Source of the DNA: Eledone cirrhosa
Taxonomy: Eukaryota
Assembly: GCA_964016885.1 (NCBI GenBank)
Contig: OZ024740.1
Location: forward strand, 254,324,001-254,388,000
DNA: 64,000 nucleotides
Direction: 5' to 3'
Below, one piece after another: positions 25,665 to 38,574 of the stretch (position 1 is the stretch's first letter; each line of letters opens with the position of its first letter). The position numbers were made by a program, and so were the translations under genes. The notes beneath the pieces are model-generated. The model searched no databases. It was not told the DNA's origin and saw only the letters and a program-made list of their open reading frames with translations.

Positions 25665-28600
25665 TGTGGGTATGGTGTGGCGTGCGGTGGCCGGGGGCGG
25701 GGGAGGGGGAGTGCTCGACCGGAAGGGGTCTTTGACCGGAAGGATGCTCGACCGGAAGGGCCAGGAGAGGGCCTCTCTCTAGTGGTGACCAGCATACGGT
25801 GAGGACGCGTTTTGGGCAGCTCCCGGTGTTAAGCAGTCGGACGCACGTGGAAGAGGAGTACCTGCTGCGGAATTTAGCGGCGCCTGTGAAAAGCGGTAAG
25901 TGAGATAGCTTTTTCTAACCACAAGCTATTTCGGCGACTGAAAAAAAAAAAAAAAAAAAGAAAACACTTGCCGCAAAACAAATCAGAAGATGGCGACAAG
26001 ACTACGGATGAACGAAGCTATCAGGCCATTCACCGGGGAAGGTGATGTTGTCGCTTGGCTGCGGAAGGTTCGGCTGGTCGCGGGCTTGCAGAAGATAGAA
26101 GACGTGGCCGGTCTCATTGCATTGTACCTCGAGGGCGACGCGTTGGTACTCTTCCTTGAGTTGGACGAGCACAGCCAAAGAGATGTGCAGAAGATTGAGA
26201 GGCGTCTGATGGATGCATTCGCCGAGGGACCGTTGGCGGCTTTTACTAAGCTGGCGAGAATCAGGTGGAATGGTGAGCGCGTCGACATTTTCGCAGCGGA
26301 AATAAGGCGGTTGGCTATGTTGGCGGGTTACCAGGCGGAATGCGAACGCACGGTGCGGTTGGCATTCATCAATGGATTTCCGGACGACATAGCGGTGAAA
26401 CTGCAGCAAGTCCCGGGGTACAGGGAGATGGAAATGCGTTCACTGGTGGAACAAGCCCGGATCATAGCGGAAGATGCCAAAAAGAGTGTCGCGGCGATAG
26501 CGACTACGGAGGCTCAGGACACCTGGCAGCGAAATGGTCAAAGGGAGGCAACCTCGGCACGCGGCCGTTCGCGAGAATTTAAGGGCCGCTGTTTTAGGTG
26601 TCATGGCCCGCATATGGCTAGAGACTGTAGAGAGTCGAAGCCGGATATAATTTGCTACCGGTGTAAGCGACCAGGCCACATCGCTACTAACTGCGACCAG
26701 GGAAACGGTCCAAGGGGAACTACTGCGCCGGTAGTTGCCCCTTACGAGTAGCGGCGCTGCCCGTGGTGGAAGTCTTCGTGAGGGGGAAGCCACAGCGAGC
26801 CCTCGTGGATACGGGCTGTACGACGACACTGGTGACCGCGGAGGTGGCGCAGAGGTGGGGAGGGAAGAGCAGCGTAAAGGCAGTCGACTGCAGGAAAATT
26901 GAATGCCGAGGTCGCAGCGAGATGGAAATAGCAGTACGGGGAAGGACGATAAGGCTTTCCGCCATCGTGGTAGACAGTGTGGTGGATGGGATCGGCGTGG
27001 TTATGGTCATGGACGCGATTGGCCGTCTAGGGGGCGTCACGGTGAACAATGTCGGTGTGTCGTTCGGCGCCGCTGCATCGGTATGCGCTGTGAGTGCACG
27101 TCATGAGAACCAGAAGGCCCACGAGGAGCAATACCCCGCTTACACTGTACAGGACAAGGACTTCAAGGCCGTGTTTGATGGGCAGCGATGGGTTGTTGAG
27201 TGGTACTGGAAGGGAGAACCACCAACACTGAAGACCAAAGTGGGCTGCTATCAACACACATTGAAGGGAAACGCTAGGGGCGAGAAGTAGAGAGATGGAT
27301 CGAAGAGGGCATACTGCTTCCCTGGAAGGAGGAGGTGAAGTGCGGAGTATTGCCGTTGATGGCGGTGGTGCAACCCACGAAGAGCAAGGTGAGGCCGGTG
27401 CTGGACTATCGAGAGCTGAACGAGCACGTGTCATGCCACACGGGTGGCGAGGTCACGGATGTCTGTGGGGAAACCCTGCGTGAGTGGAGACGCATGATGG
27501 GGGGTTCAGCGATCGTGGATCTAAAGTCGGCTTACTTGCAGTTGCATATAGATGAGAAGCTCTGGCGGTATCAGCTGGTCAGGTATAAGGGCCGGACATA
27601 TTGCCTGACCAGGCTCGGTTTCGGGCTGAGCTCCGCACCGAAGATCATGGAGGCGGTCCTCAAGACCGCTCTGGGGAGGGCCGACAAGATAAAGAGGGCT
27701 ACTAACTCCTACATTGACGACATCCTAGTGGACGAGTCGGTGGTGTCGACGGCGGAGGTCACGAGCCATACGGACTGACTGCGAAGCCATCAGAAGCATT
27801 GGAGGGAGGAGCCGCGCTGGGACTTAGGCTACGGCGAGATAAGACGGGCGTTTTGGTGTTCCAGAGGGGAAACGAAGTTCCGGAACTGGGCCCAAGTATG
27901 AATAGGCGGGAGCTTTTCTCGGTGTATGGAAAGCTGGTGGGTCACTACCCGATCGCTGGGTGGCTCCGGACGGCATGCAGCTATGTCAAGAGACGAGCGG
28001 GAGGGGTGACTTGGAGTGACAGAGTGGGAGAGAGAACGGTGGCCATGATGCAGGAGATCGTGGGGAGGGTGAAGGCCGACGACCCAGTGCGGGGACGCTG
28101 GTACGTTCCCAAATCACGGAGCGGGACCGTATGGTGCGATGCCAGCAGCATAGCGCTGGGTCTCACGTTGGAGATAGGAGGTGTTGAGGTCGAGGATGCA
28201 GCCTGGCTTAGAAAGAAGGACGACTGCAGCCACATCAATGTGGCCGAGCTGGACGCGGTGTTGAGAGGGGTGAACCTCGCCCTGCGGTGGGGGCTGCGCA
28301 CCATCGAGATACGCACCGACTCGGCTACCGTACTCGGATGGGTAAGATCAGTGCTCACCAGTGAGAAGAGAGTGCGAACGAGAGGCGCGGCGGAGATGCT
28401 GATAAAGCGCCGCCTGGGAACGTTAGGAGAGCTGGCCACCGAGTTCGACCTGAAGCTGAGCGTAGTGTTCGTGCCTTCAGAGAAAAATAGGGCGGATATC
28501 TTAACTAGAGTGAAGAAAGCCTGGATGGAAGCGCCGGAGGAAGTAGAGGATGAGATAGCTGCCGTGTGTCGGCTGACCGAGTTAGACCTGAAGGGGTTGC

Positions 28601-29846
28601 ATGACATGCACCACATGGGGGTGGATAGGAGCCTGTTCCTAGCCAGGAGAATCGACTCGGACGTTAGCAGACACAGTGTTCGGGGGGTGGTTAGAGGCTG
28701 CGTCCGATGTCAGTCCATTGATCCCGCCCCGGGTGTACACGAAACGGGAAGCCTCCCGGTGGATCGCGACTGGAAGCGATTAGCGGTGGATGTGACGCAC
28801 TACCGGCAGGGAACGTACCTCTCGATGGTCGACTGTGGACCAGGTCGAGTGGCGATATGGAGGGAGATGAAGACCGGAACGGCCGAGGAAATCGTGCGGA
28901 CGTTGAGAGAGGTGTTCTTGGAGCGGGGCCCTGTGGATGAACTGCTGATGGACAACAGCGCAGCGTTCTGCTCGGAGGCACTGAGGGGGATGCTCGATGG
29001 ATGGAAGGTGGACCGTTTCTTCAGAGCGGCGCACAGGCCGAGCGGGAATGGAATCGTGGAGCGACACCACCGGACGGACGATCGAGGCAATGGCGGAGCG
29101 GGGCCATATCTCACCAATGGAGGCAGTGTTCTGGTACAATATGTCCCCTCGGGTTGGACAGGTCGAGGAATCGGTGCCACACAGAGCAGTATTCAAATAC
29201 GAGTGGCGGCACCCGTGCACGCCACCACAACGGCCAGTGGGGAGAGAGAGTGCATTCGTGCAGGTGGGCGAAGAAGTCTGGGTTAAGCCCCCAGATGCAC
29301 GGTGCACATCTCAATGGGGAAGGGGAACGGTGACGGCCGTAAATTCAAAGAACAATGTGTCCGTGGACGGAGTACCACGTCATGTCCTGAATGTAAGAAG
29401 AATCACTGTATCGACGGACTCCGAGGAAGGGGAAACCCAAGATGAGGTGGAAACCCAGAGCCCTGCCCCAATACTACGAAGATCGCAACGAAGTCGTAGA
29501 CCACCGACCTGGACGGCAGACTTTCATATGCAGAGGGACGAGGGGGAAATTGATCCTTGAGATCAGGGGGGGCGTGTGGGTATGGTGTGGCGTGCGGTGG
29601 CCGGGGGAGTGCTCGACCGGAAGAGGTTTTTGAGTGCTCGACCGGAAGGGGTCTTTGACCGGAAGGATGCTCGACCGGAAGGGCCAGGAGAGGGCCTCTC
29701 TCTAGTGGTGACCAGCATACGGTGAGGACGCGTTTTGGGCAGCTCCCGGTGTTAAGCAGTCGGACGCACGTGGAAGAGGAGTACCTGCTGCGGAATTTAG
29801 CGGCGCCTGTGAAAAACGGTAAGTGAGATAGCTTTTTCTAACCACA
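25665..29846 (+). mobile_element. Compact GC-rich Gypsy-type LTR retrotransposon G (4.2 kb), pol frameshifted
   Basis: TG...CA LTRs at 25665-25923 and 29575-29846, 5-bp TSD TAAAC, PPT GAGATCAGGGGGGG. Domain order gag, protease (LVDTGC), RT (YIDD), RNase H (WCDASS), integrase (H-H-C-C, DNS, GNGIVER). Confidence 0.93.
25990..26751 (+). CDS. Gag of element G (intact, two zinc knuckles)
   Basis: 253-aa ORF with AAGATGG start and knuckles CFRCHGPHMARDC and CYRCKRPGHIATNC. Confidence 0.85.
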   Translation: MATRLRMNEAIRPFTGEGDVVAWLRKVRLVAGLQKIEDVAGLIALYLEGDALVLFLELDEHSQRDVQKIERRLMDAFAEGPLAAFTKLARIRWNGERVDIFAAEIRRLAMLAGYQAECERTVRLAFINGFPDDIAVKLQQVPGYREMEMRSLVEQARIIAEDAKKSVAAIATTEAQDTWQRNGQREATSARGRSREFKGRCFRCHGPHMARDCRESKPDIICYRCKRPGHIATNCDQGNGPRGTTAPVVAPYE

Positions 29847-31217
29847 TAAACAACCCTTGTATTTATAAGGGTTGAAGTTAGAAGGGTAGATATATCCTCT
29901 GACGTCTGGTTAGAATCTCCCAAGGGGTTGGTCTTCCGGGCGTAAACAACTTAGAAGGATGGATATATCTGACCTCTTTTTTGCCAGGCGTAAACAACAT
30001 CTGACCTATGTTTAGCATCTCCCAAGGGGTTGGTCTGCCGAGTGTAAACAACTAACCACGGCTTGTCCCAGAGGCGGGAAAGCTCAGATTCGGTTTCAAA
30101 TCTTCGCCGCCGCCGTTATAGGTCTTTGGAGTAACGTTACTCGATAAAGTGCATAGCTCGGAGATCAGAGAGTCACTCCAGGTACAGCCGCCCCTTCTTC
30201 AAATTGGTCAGAATGTCCAAGGAAAAATCACTGGACAGATTTTATGGGCAAAACCAACTGGTAGGAGACTCATGAGTAAGACCTCGAACAAGATGGTTGG
30301 ATAACATCCATGAACTTGGCTGGTCACGCTTCGCGGATCCAGCCGTATCAGTTGGAGACCGTTGCTTCTGACAGGACCCGCTGGAAGGAGTGTTTGAGGA
30401 CTCTGCCCCTACGACCCACTCAAGAATAAGTGGGGGAAGAAGAGAAAAAGATGAACTCCCTCCTTAAAAAAAAAAACAAAAAAAAAACACGGTTTAAGAA
30501 TTGCAACACAACGACACATTGAACCTGTAATAGGTGCAATCAGCTATGGTTGATCTTCTGAATAGAAATAACAGCCAAATTTACTACGAACCACGCTCTA
30601 CAGCAGTGACCGCATTACGATACGACTTACCACAAAGTGGACCGCATTATAGGCGTGCCATTTAGAAGGGCCAAACGGACCGCGGTCTGCCCATGACTGA
30701 CTCCTCTATATATTAAAATAAAAAAGGAAGGACACTGAGGTACTACATACATTAATGAAAAAAAAAAAAAAGACAAGTCATTATGGCTGCTCCAGCCATA
30801 ACGATCTTGTTTAATAATTGGTTGAGGTAGATCTGGGCCTAAACATCAGCCACTGGCTCTTATTTAACCACAGGTCAGCCTTGGTTAAGCAGACCTATTG
30901 ATCAAAGTTATTCTAGTTATGACCACACCTTTTTTGTATAACTAGAGCATTAAATATAGAGCGTAATTTTGTGGCATATTGTCTTTTATCTTTCCACGCA
31001 AAGGCTCCTTCGTTGGCTTAAGGCAATTACTAGAACAGTCAGATATATCAAATAGCTCCCCCCATTGAGTAATGTAGTTGTAGATATACAGTTTGAAAAA
31101 AAAACAACAACAACAACAAACAATAGAAGGGATGGTTATGGCAAGAACGCTTTTGATCATATATCCGCTCAGGTATCAAACTACAACATAATTCAATTTC
31201 ATACAGACAGTCTAGAA

Positions 31218-31691
31218 CATTGGTTCCCAACCAGGGGGCCATGGCCCACTGGATCACCAGTGGGCCATAGTAAGTTATTGGGGGAGCCACGGGAATTAAC
31301 TAAAAATCACAAAATTGCATATATAAAAAAGAAGAGTCACTTTTTCTTTTTCTTGCTTCAAATTTTTATATTCAACTTTTTATCAACTTTCTACCTTTTC
31401 TAATTATGATTTTACTTCACTTGATAATTATTTAAATCTGGATATAACAATTTATGTTTTAGTAAATAAACTTAGTAAAGAAACTTATTTTTATAACAGG
31501 ATATATATGATTTATTTTAGTAAATTTCAGTAAATTTCTCATTGACAAAATTACTTTGACTGGAATAAAAAGACATGCCGAAATTATTTCTACATACAAA
31601 AATTATATCAAAAATTTCTGGGGTGGTGGGGGGCATACTGTTTTGCTATATCATTAAGGTGGAATTTATTCTAAAAAGTTGGGAACCGCTG
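31218..31691. mobile_element. Non-autonomous hAT (Charlie-type) MITE, 474 bp
   Basis: TIRs CATTGGTTCCCAAC / GTTGGGAACCGCTG and a perfect 8-bp TSD GTCTAGAA at 31210-31217 and 31692-31699. Confidence 0.9.
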
Positions 31692-33139
31692 GTCTAGAAA
31701 GACCGTCACAAAAAAAAAAAAGAAAACAGGAATTATTTTAAACGCCACCGTCAAGAATTGTGGGAAAATTTTCGCGCTAAAATACTTTTATGTGAATTTT
31801 GTTTGATATCATATTAGTACACTTCTGGCTGTTCTGAAAGATAAGGTGAAATATTTTTCCACAATAACATTTTATATAATTATTGAAAAATTAACATAAA
31901 ATAAATAGTTCTTTGTTGATATAATAATTAATCGTTAGCTAGAAAAATTAAAACTTTTGCATTATTTAGTAATTCATTTTCAAAGTTTATCACCGATGTA
32001 TTATGCCTGCAAACTTAGCCTTTGTAAATATATAGATACATTATATATTGATAATAACTTGTTAATTTTGTGGAGCAATTATGATATTAATATGTTTAAA
32101 ATCTTTTAAGGGAAATTGTATTTGCTTATGCTTATTTATGAATTATCCTGAACGTATTTCTTCCTCTCTTTTTACGATGTTAGAAAGCAGATTTTAACTT
32201 AATAGTGAAGTTTCCTTTATATATATATTGTGCTATAAATCTTACATAAAAAAAGCATGTATATATATATATGTATATATCTGTATGTTTGAAGTCTTTT
32301 ACACACCTGTAGCATATATTAATTAATTAATGAGGATATCGCTGACAATAGATCTCTTGAAGCAAATGACATTTCGTCTGATTCACTAGGTTCTTTGCTT
32401 ACACGTAAGTGTTACCTCGTCGGCCCCTGTGTGTATATATGAGCAAAGTATGCGAAATTGGTGAAGATATTTTAATTTTCTTCAAAGGAGACATATTGTC
32501 AACTATAGCCATATCGCGCGCGTGTGTGTAGAGATAAATTATGTCCGCTCATAAATAATTTAAAATGTAGGTCTTTCATTTTCTGGAATGTTAGAACAAT
32601 TTTATGGTAAATGTATAGAATAGCGAACCAATGTAAGGGACGTAATTTGAAAAATTTTTTTTTTTCTGAAATGAGTACCTATGTTAAATATATATATGTG
32701 TTGCATACACATAGGTATTAACTTTATATGTGTGTATATATAATAACAATACCATGCATCCTTATAAATGTATGTATAGGCGTGTATTATATATATATAT
32801 ATATATGGAACGAAGAATCAGTGATGCATCAGAGCACAATTTATTACGTATTACAATTGTTTATCCGGCGAACAGCTCGAGGTGCGATCTGTTTCTAGAT
32901 CGAACCTGACTGGATTCGCAAGTTCCTCAGATACGTTTAGTGATTTCGAAGCAAATCGTCTTTCTTCGAAATCACTAGACGTATTTGTTTGTATTATTGT
33001 TTCGTAAACGAATTTGTCTTCGCTTTTCATTATCTGTCCATCCTGAAAACATATTTTGATTTCATTTTTGGTCTGAGAGGCATTGGGCATTTTAATGGGA
33101 ACTGGGAATACCCTCGCTCCAGGGTATTACCTCAGCTAG

Positions 33140-33289
33140 TGTATATATATATATATGTGTGTGTGTGTATATATATATATATATGTGTGTGTGTGTATAT
33201 ATATATATGCGTGTGTGTGTGTGTGTATATATATATGTGTGTGTGTGTGTGTATATATATATGTGTATATATATGTGTGTGTGTATATA

Positions 33290-33320
<31 letters not shown>

Positions 33321-34140
33321 GTGTGTATATATATATGTGTGTATATATATGTGTGTGTATATATATGTGTATATATATATGTGTATATATATGTGTGTGT
33401 GTATATATATATATATGTGTGTATACATATATGTGTGTATATATATATATATGTGTATATATATATGAGTATATATATGTGTATATATATGTGTGTGTAT
33501 ATATATATATATGTGTATATATATATGAGTATATATATGTGTATATATATGTGTGTATATATATATATATATGTGTATATATATGTGTGTATATATATAT
33601 ATATGTGTATATATAAGTGTATATATATATGAGTGTATATATATGTGTGTATATATATATGTGTGTATATATATATGTGTATATATGTGTGTATATATAT
33701 ATGTGTGTATATATATATGTGTGTATATATATATGTGTGTATATATATATGTGTATATATATATATGTGTATATATATATGAGTATATATATGTGTGTAT
33801 ATATATATATATGTGTGTGTATATATGTATGTATATATATGTGTATATATACGTGTGTATATATATATATGTGTATATAAATGTGTGTATATATATGTGT
33901 ATATAAGTAAATATATATATATGTGTAAATATATATATACAATGAAACAATTGTTTGGAAAGAGAGATATATTTTAATTTTAATTATATCTCATAAAATA
34001 ATACAACTGGCTTTCCACAAAATACATATAGTGAGCACCCCAAACACAAAATTGGGATTATACTAACGTATACCCTAATGTTTGTTGAGTGAGATGGTTA
34101 CCAGTCAGAGTTTAGCTTAAAGCTTTCTCTGTTATTGTAT

Positions 34141-34175
<35 letters not shown>

Positions 34176-34179
34176 TATA

Positions 34180-34215
<36 letters not shown>

Positions 34216-34357
34216 AATATATGTATATATCTGTATATATATGTATGTATATATGTATGTATATATGTATGTATATATATATGTATGTATATATGTATGT
34301 ATATATATATGTATGTATATATATATGTATATGTATATATATATGTATATATATATG

Positions 34358-34388
<31 letters not shown>

Positions 34389-34563
34389 GTATATGTATAT
34401 ATATATGTATGTATATATATATGTATATATATATGTATATATATATATGTATATATATATGTATATATATATATATGTATATATATATATGTATATATAT
34501 ATATGTATATATATATATGTATATATGTATGTATATATATATGTATGTATATATATATGTATG

Positions 34564-34630
<67 letters not shown>

Positions 34631-34767
34631 GTATGTATATGTATGTATATATATGTATATGTATGTATATATATGTATATGTATGTATATATATGTAGAT
34701 ATATGTATATATGTATATGTATATGTATATATATGTATATATATGTATATATATATATACACACATA
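33140..34767. repeat. (TA)n/(TG)n compound microsatellites with a 200-bp unique insert (about 33940-34140)
   Basis: Directly visible. Other large TA fields lie at 38705-40540, 41330-41720, 43390-44180, 50005-50480, 52970-53860 and 60345-60810. Confidence 0.97.
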
Positions 34768-37165
34768 TATCATCATCATCATCAGGTTTAGCGTCCGTGT
34801 TCCACGCTTGCATGGGTTTGGACGGGAGTTTTCCCACTTTAGGCAAGAGTGGTTGTCTTGCTCGCATAGGACTGTCTGGCGGGTTTTCTACAGCTGGATG
34901 CCCTTTCTAACACCAACCACATTTACAGTGTGGGACTGGGAGCTTTTTACCGTGTTACTTACACGGCCACATGACAGCGTGGACTGTCTGGCGGGTTTTC
35001 TACAGCTGGATGCCCTTCCTAACACCAACCACATTTACAGTGTGGGGTTGGGAGGTTTTTACCGTGTTGCCTACACGGCCACATTACAGCATGGACTGTG
35101 TGTTTTTTTGTCATGACACCTACACGATCTCATTTGTTTCGGCCTGGATTTTGTGGCACCAACATAACTTTACATTGAAAGGGGCGGTGTGGATGGGGTG
35201 GGGATGGTGGGACGGGGGTGTATTTTGTTAGAGATGCCTACTGACTGTAGTAGGTTTTACGTTGTATTTAGGTAAGGCGGGTCTTCTCTATTACTGAGTA
35301 CCGCTAAAATGTCTCGGTCCAGTGACATTGTCTTGGAGAGGTGTAAGTGTGTGAGGTCGGAATTTATCAGCTCGTCCCAGGTTTTTCTGGGTCTGCCTAC
35401 TCCGTGACTACCGTCTATCTTTATTGCCCTGCACTTTGCTATACAGCTGTCGTCTTTCATGCGCATCACGTGACCATACCAACGTAGCCTTCTCTCGAGT
35501 AAACAACATCTGATCCCTCTTTCTAATTTTTTCCTTAGTTCGTTTATGCTTTGCCGTTCGCACATCCAGCGGAGCATGCAAGCTTCGTTCCTCTCTAGTC
35601 TGCGAATATCCTCTGCACACAATGCCCAGGTCTCACTGCCATGCAACATTGCTGTTTGTACTTTCAGAGCACCCTGGTCTCACTGCTACTTATTGCACCA
35701 GAGCACCGGCCACATGTAAAATCTGTGTTCTTAGTTAGCTTACCTGTGATCCCACATCTTTTATGAACCCATACTTTGCATTTGGGACATAAAATGGAGT
35801 TTCTACCTACGCCTTTCCTACACACTGAGCATGGCCATTTCCTGGAAGAGACCGGCGCCTTATTTTCTTTCCTACAAACTAGAACTTTAGTCTTAGCCAG
35901 GTTAATTTTAAGACCTTTTGATTCTAGGCCGTGCTTCCATGTTTGGAATTTCTTCTCTAGCTCGGCCATTGATTCAGCTATGAGCGTTAGGTCATCTGCG
36001 TATAGGAGTTCCCATGGGCAGCCGGTCTTGAACTCCTCTGCTATAGCCTGAAGAGCAATAATAAATAGTAGGGGGCTAAGAACAGAGCCCTGATGGACAC
36101 CAACTTTTACGCTAAACTCTTCACTATATTCGTTGTTAATTCTAACCTTGCTCACTGTTTCTTTATACATGGCTTGTATAGCTCTCACAAGCCATTCGTC
36201 AACACCTAGTTTTCTAAGGGCCCACCAGATAATGGAACGGGGGACTCTGTCGAAGGCTTTCTCCAAGTCGACAAAGGCTAAGTATAGGGGTTTACTTTTA
36301 GATAGGTACTTCTCCTGTAGTTGTCGTACAATGAAAAGAGCGTCTGTGGTACTTTTGCCTGACACAAACCCGAACTGCATTTCATCTAAATCGATTCTCT
36401 CTCTGATTAGTTGCACTATTACTTTTTCCGTGACCTTCATGACCTGGTCGATTAATTTAATGCCTCTATAGTTACTCCTATCTAGGGCGTCTCCTTTACC
36501 CTTGTAACAGTTAATGATGATGCTGCTACGCCAGTCCTTCGGAACAACCCCATTCTGTATGACTTGGTTTACTATCCGGGTGACCATGGTGTGTCCCACC
36601 GTTCCAGAGGCCTTCAGCATCTCAGCAACTATTTCCGAGGGCCCAGCCGCCTTACCCTTCTTCATATTTTTGATTGCCTTACTTATTATACTACCTTCAA
36701 CTAACACTGCTGGTCCCTCTATTGGATCGATCTGGGGGAGACTATCCTTCTCCCATTTATTCTCCTCATTTAGTAGCCTCTCGTAGTGACACTTCCAAGC
36801 GACCTTCTTATCAGCGTCAGTGATGGCGAGTACGCCATCATCATTGAGTACACACTTCTCCCCAACAATATCACGGTTTTCCTTGACACATTGCCTAGCA
36901 ATCCTGAACACCTCACGTTTTTGGTCCTCGCGTTGTAGAACATGGTTGAACTTTCTTTCCTCTGCTTCCCTTCTTGCGAAGTACACTTGTCTCCTAGCGT
37001 CCCTCCTGGCCACTTGATAGTCTTCTCTACTTCCCCCATCCCTCCATACTTTCCAAGCCTGCTTTTTTGCCTCAATCGACTCCTCCACCTTACTGTTCCA
37101 CCACCATGTTACTCTCCTCCTGCCTATAGGCCTGCTCCGGCCACAGACTTCGTCTGCCGCCATCA
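34768..37165 (-). mobile_element. RTE LINE family Y, 5'-truncated, with internal deletions
   Basis: RT with LYADD in ORF 35664-37286, deletion near 35660, C-terminus 35257-35649. 3' UTR has two tandem units of about 112 bp and a (GAT)n tail. Both ends in (TA)n. Confidence 0.93.
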
Positions 37166-37383
37166 TGTATATATGTATATATATATTTCGTTTCTGAATT
37201 TGTTTAGCAAGATTCTTTATCTGAAATTGTGTGTTGAAACCGATATTGTTATACTTTGGGAGGGTCATGTTGCCAATAAGAAACACACGTACCAGTTGCT
37301 TTCACTTCAATTTATTATAATAAATTTATAATAAATTTATAAATTTCTGGTTGGTTCCACAACCAGATAGTTGTTTATATATT

Positions 37384-37426
37384 GTCATAGTTCTTTCGTC
37401 ACACACTCTGTGACCTCTTCAGTGAC
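37384..37426 (-). ncRNA. Minimal type I hammerhead ribozyme motif (truncated mirror copy at 37530-37567 +)
   Basis: GTCA-CTGAAGA-G-GTCACA GAGTG TGTGAC-GAAA-G AA C-TA-TGAC: 4-bp stem I, 6-bp stem II, 2-bp stem III, CUA triplet. One unpaired G after the core. Confidence 0.65.
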
Positions 37427-37567
37427 TGGGGATTCCTTTCTTTGTTTCTGTGCCTCTCCTTTGTTCTGTCCTACGCCATTTTGTTTCAGAAACAAAGGAG
37501 AGGCACAGAAACAAAGAAAGGAATCCCCAGTCACTGAAGAGGTCACAGAGTGTGTGACGAAAGAACT

Positions 37568-38574
37568 GCAATAAGTAGCAGCAAGTGCCCACAAAATACT
37601 AGCTCTTTCAATTGCGCAGAGGGTTCTATAGAAATAGTGGACAGCTTCCGTTACCTGGGCGATAAAATCAGCAGTGGGGGAGGGTGCTCTGAAAGTACTG
37701 TAGCTAGAGTCAGAACTGGTTGGAAAAAGTTCAGAGAGCTTATACCACTATTAGCTGCTAAAGGGTTCTCCCTAAAAATGAAAGGCAGGTTGTACGATGC
37801 CTGCATACGAACAGCAATGTTGCATGGCAGTGAGACCTGGGCATTGTGTGCAGAGGATATACGCAGACTAGAGAGGAACGAAGCTTGCATGCTCCGCTGG
37901 ATGTGTAACAGTAATATACGTGAACGGCAAAGCATATACGAACTAAGGAAAAAATTAGAGATAAGAGGGATCAGATGTTGTTTACTCGAGAGAAGGCTAC
38001 GTTGGTATGGACACGTGATGCGCATGAAAGTCGATAGCTGTATAACAAAGTGCAGGGCAATAAAGATAGACGGTAGCCACGGAATAGGCAGACCTAGAAA
38101 AACCTGGGACGAGCTGATAAACTCCGACCTCACACACTTACACCTCTCCAAGACAATGTCACTGGACCGAGACCTTTGGCGGTACTCAGTAACAGAGAAG
38201 ACCCGCCTTGCCAGTAGGCATCTCTAACAAAATACAGCCCTACCCGCCACCACCCCCACCCCATCCACACCACCCCGTTCTAAGTAAAGTTGTGTTGGTG
38301 CCGCGCCATCGAGGCCGAAACAAATGAGATCGTGTAGGTGTCACGACAAAAAAACACACAGTCCACGCTGTAATGTGGCCGTGTAGGCAACACAGTAAAA
38401 ACCTCCTAGACCCACACTGTAAATGTGGTTGGTGTTAGGAAGGGCATCCAGCTGTAGAAAACCTGCCAGACAGTCCTATGCGAGCAAGACAATCACTCTT
38501 GCCTCAAGTGGGACTACCCCCGTCCAAACCCATGCAAGCGTGGAACACGGACGTTAAACGTTGATGATGATGAT
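37568..38574 (+). mobile_element. RTE LINE family Y, 3' fragment
   Basis: ORF 37550-38227 (FRYLG, HGSETW, LRWYGHV). Single 3' UTR unit and a (GAT)n tail. Confidence 0.92.

Larger units (their letters stand above)
25190..30120 (-). mobile_element. Solo LTR F, split by element G
   Basis: TGTAGCG...CGTTATA termini with 4-bp TSD GGTC. The two halves 25190-25664 and 29847-30120 rejoin at GGCGTAAAC|AAC. Related to E. Confidence 0.82.
8780..30445 (+). mobile_element. Decayed Rex3/Expander-like RTE LINE (D), split into four pieces by LTR insertions
   Basis: APE start (GGLNITSLTGKEQE, about 9312). DFNAH|VGTD is split by element C and HRNI|HKCTWY by solo LTR E. RT start is at 24860-25110 (EQCGF..GRST.DQIFTLRQ) with the RT core deleted. 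FPRRV|FGVTLLDKV is split by solo LTR F, and a GAA-like tail follows at about 30440. Outer boundaries are approximate. Confidence 0.8.

Noticed and set aside
32851-33090. 79-aa minus-strand ORF in unique sequence (MPNASQTKNE...), next to an 8-bp hairpin at about 33107-33128
   Set aside because: No recognisable homology, no convincing splice sites and no partner exons. It could be an exon but needs RNA-seq or BLAST support.
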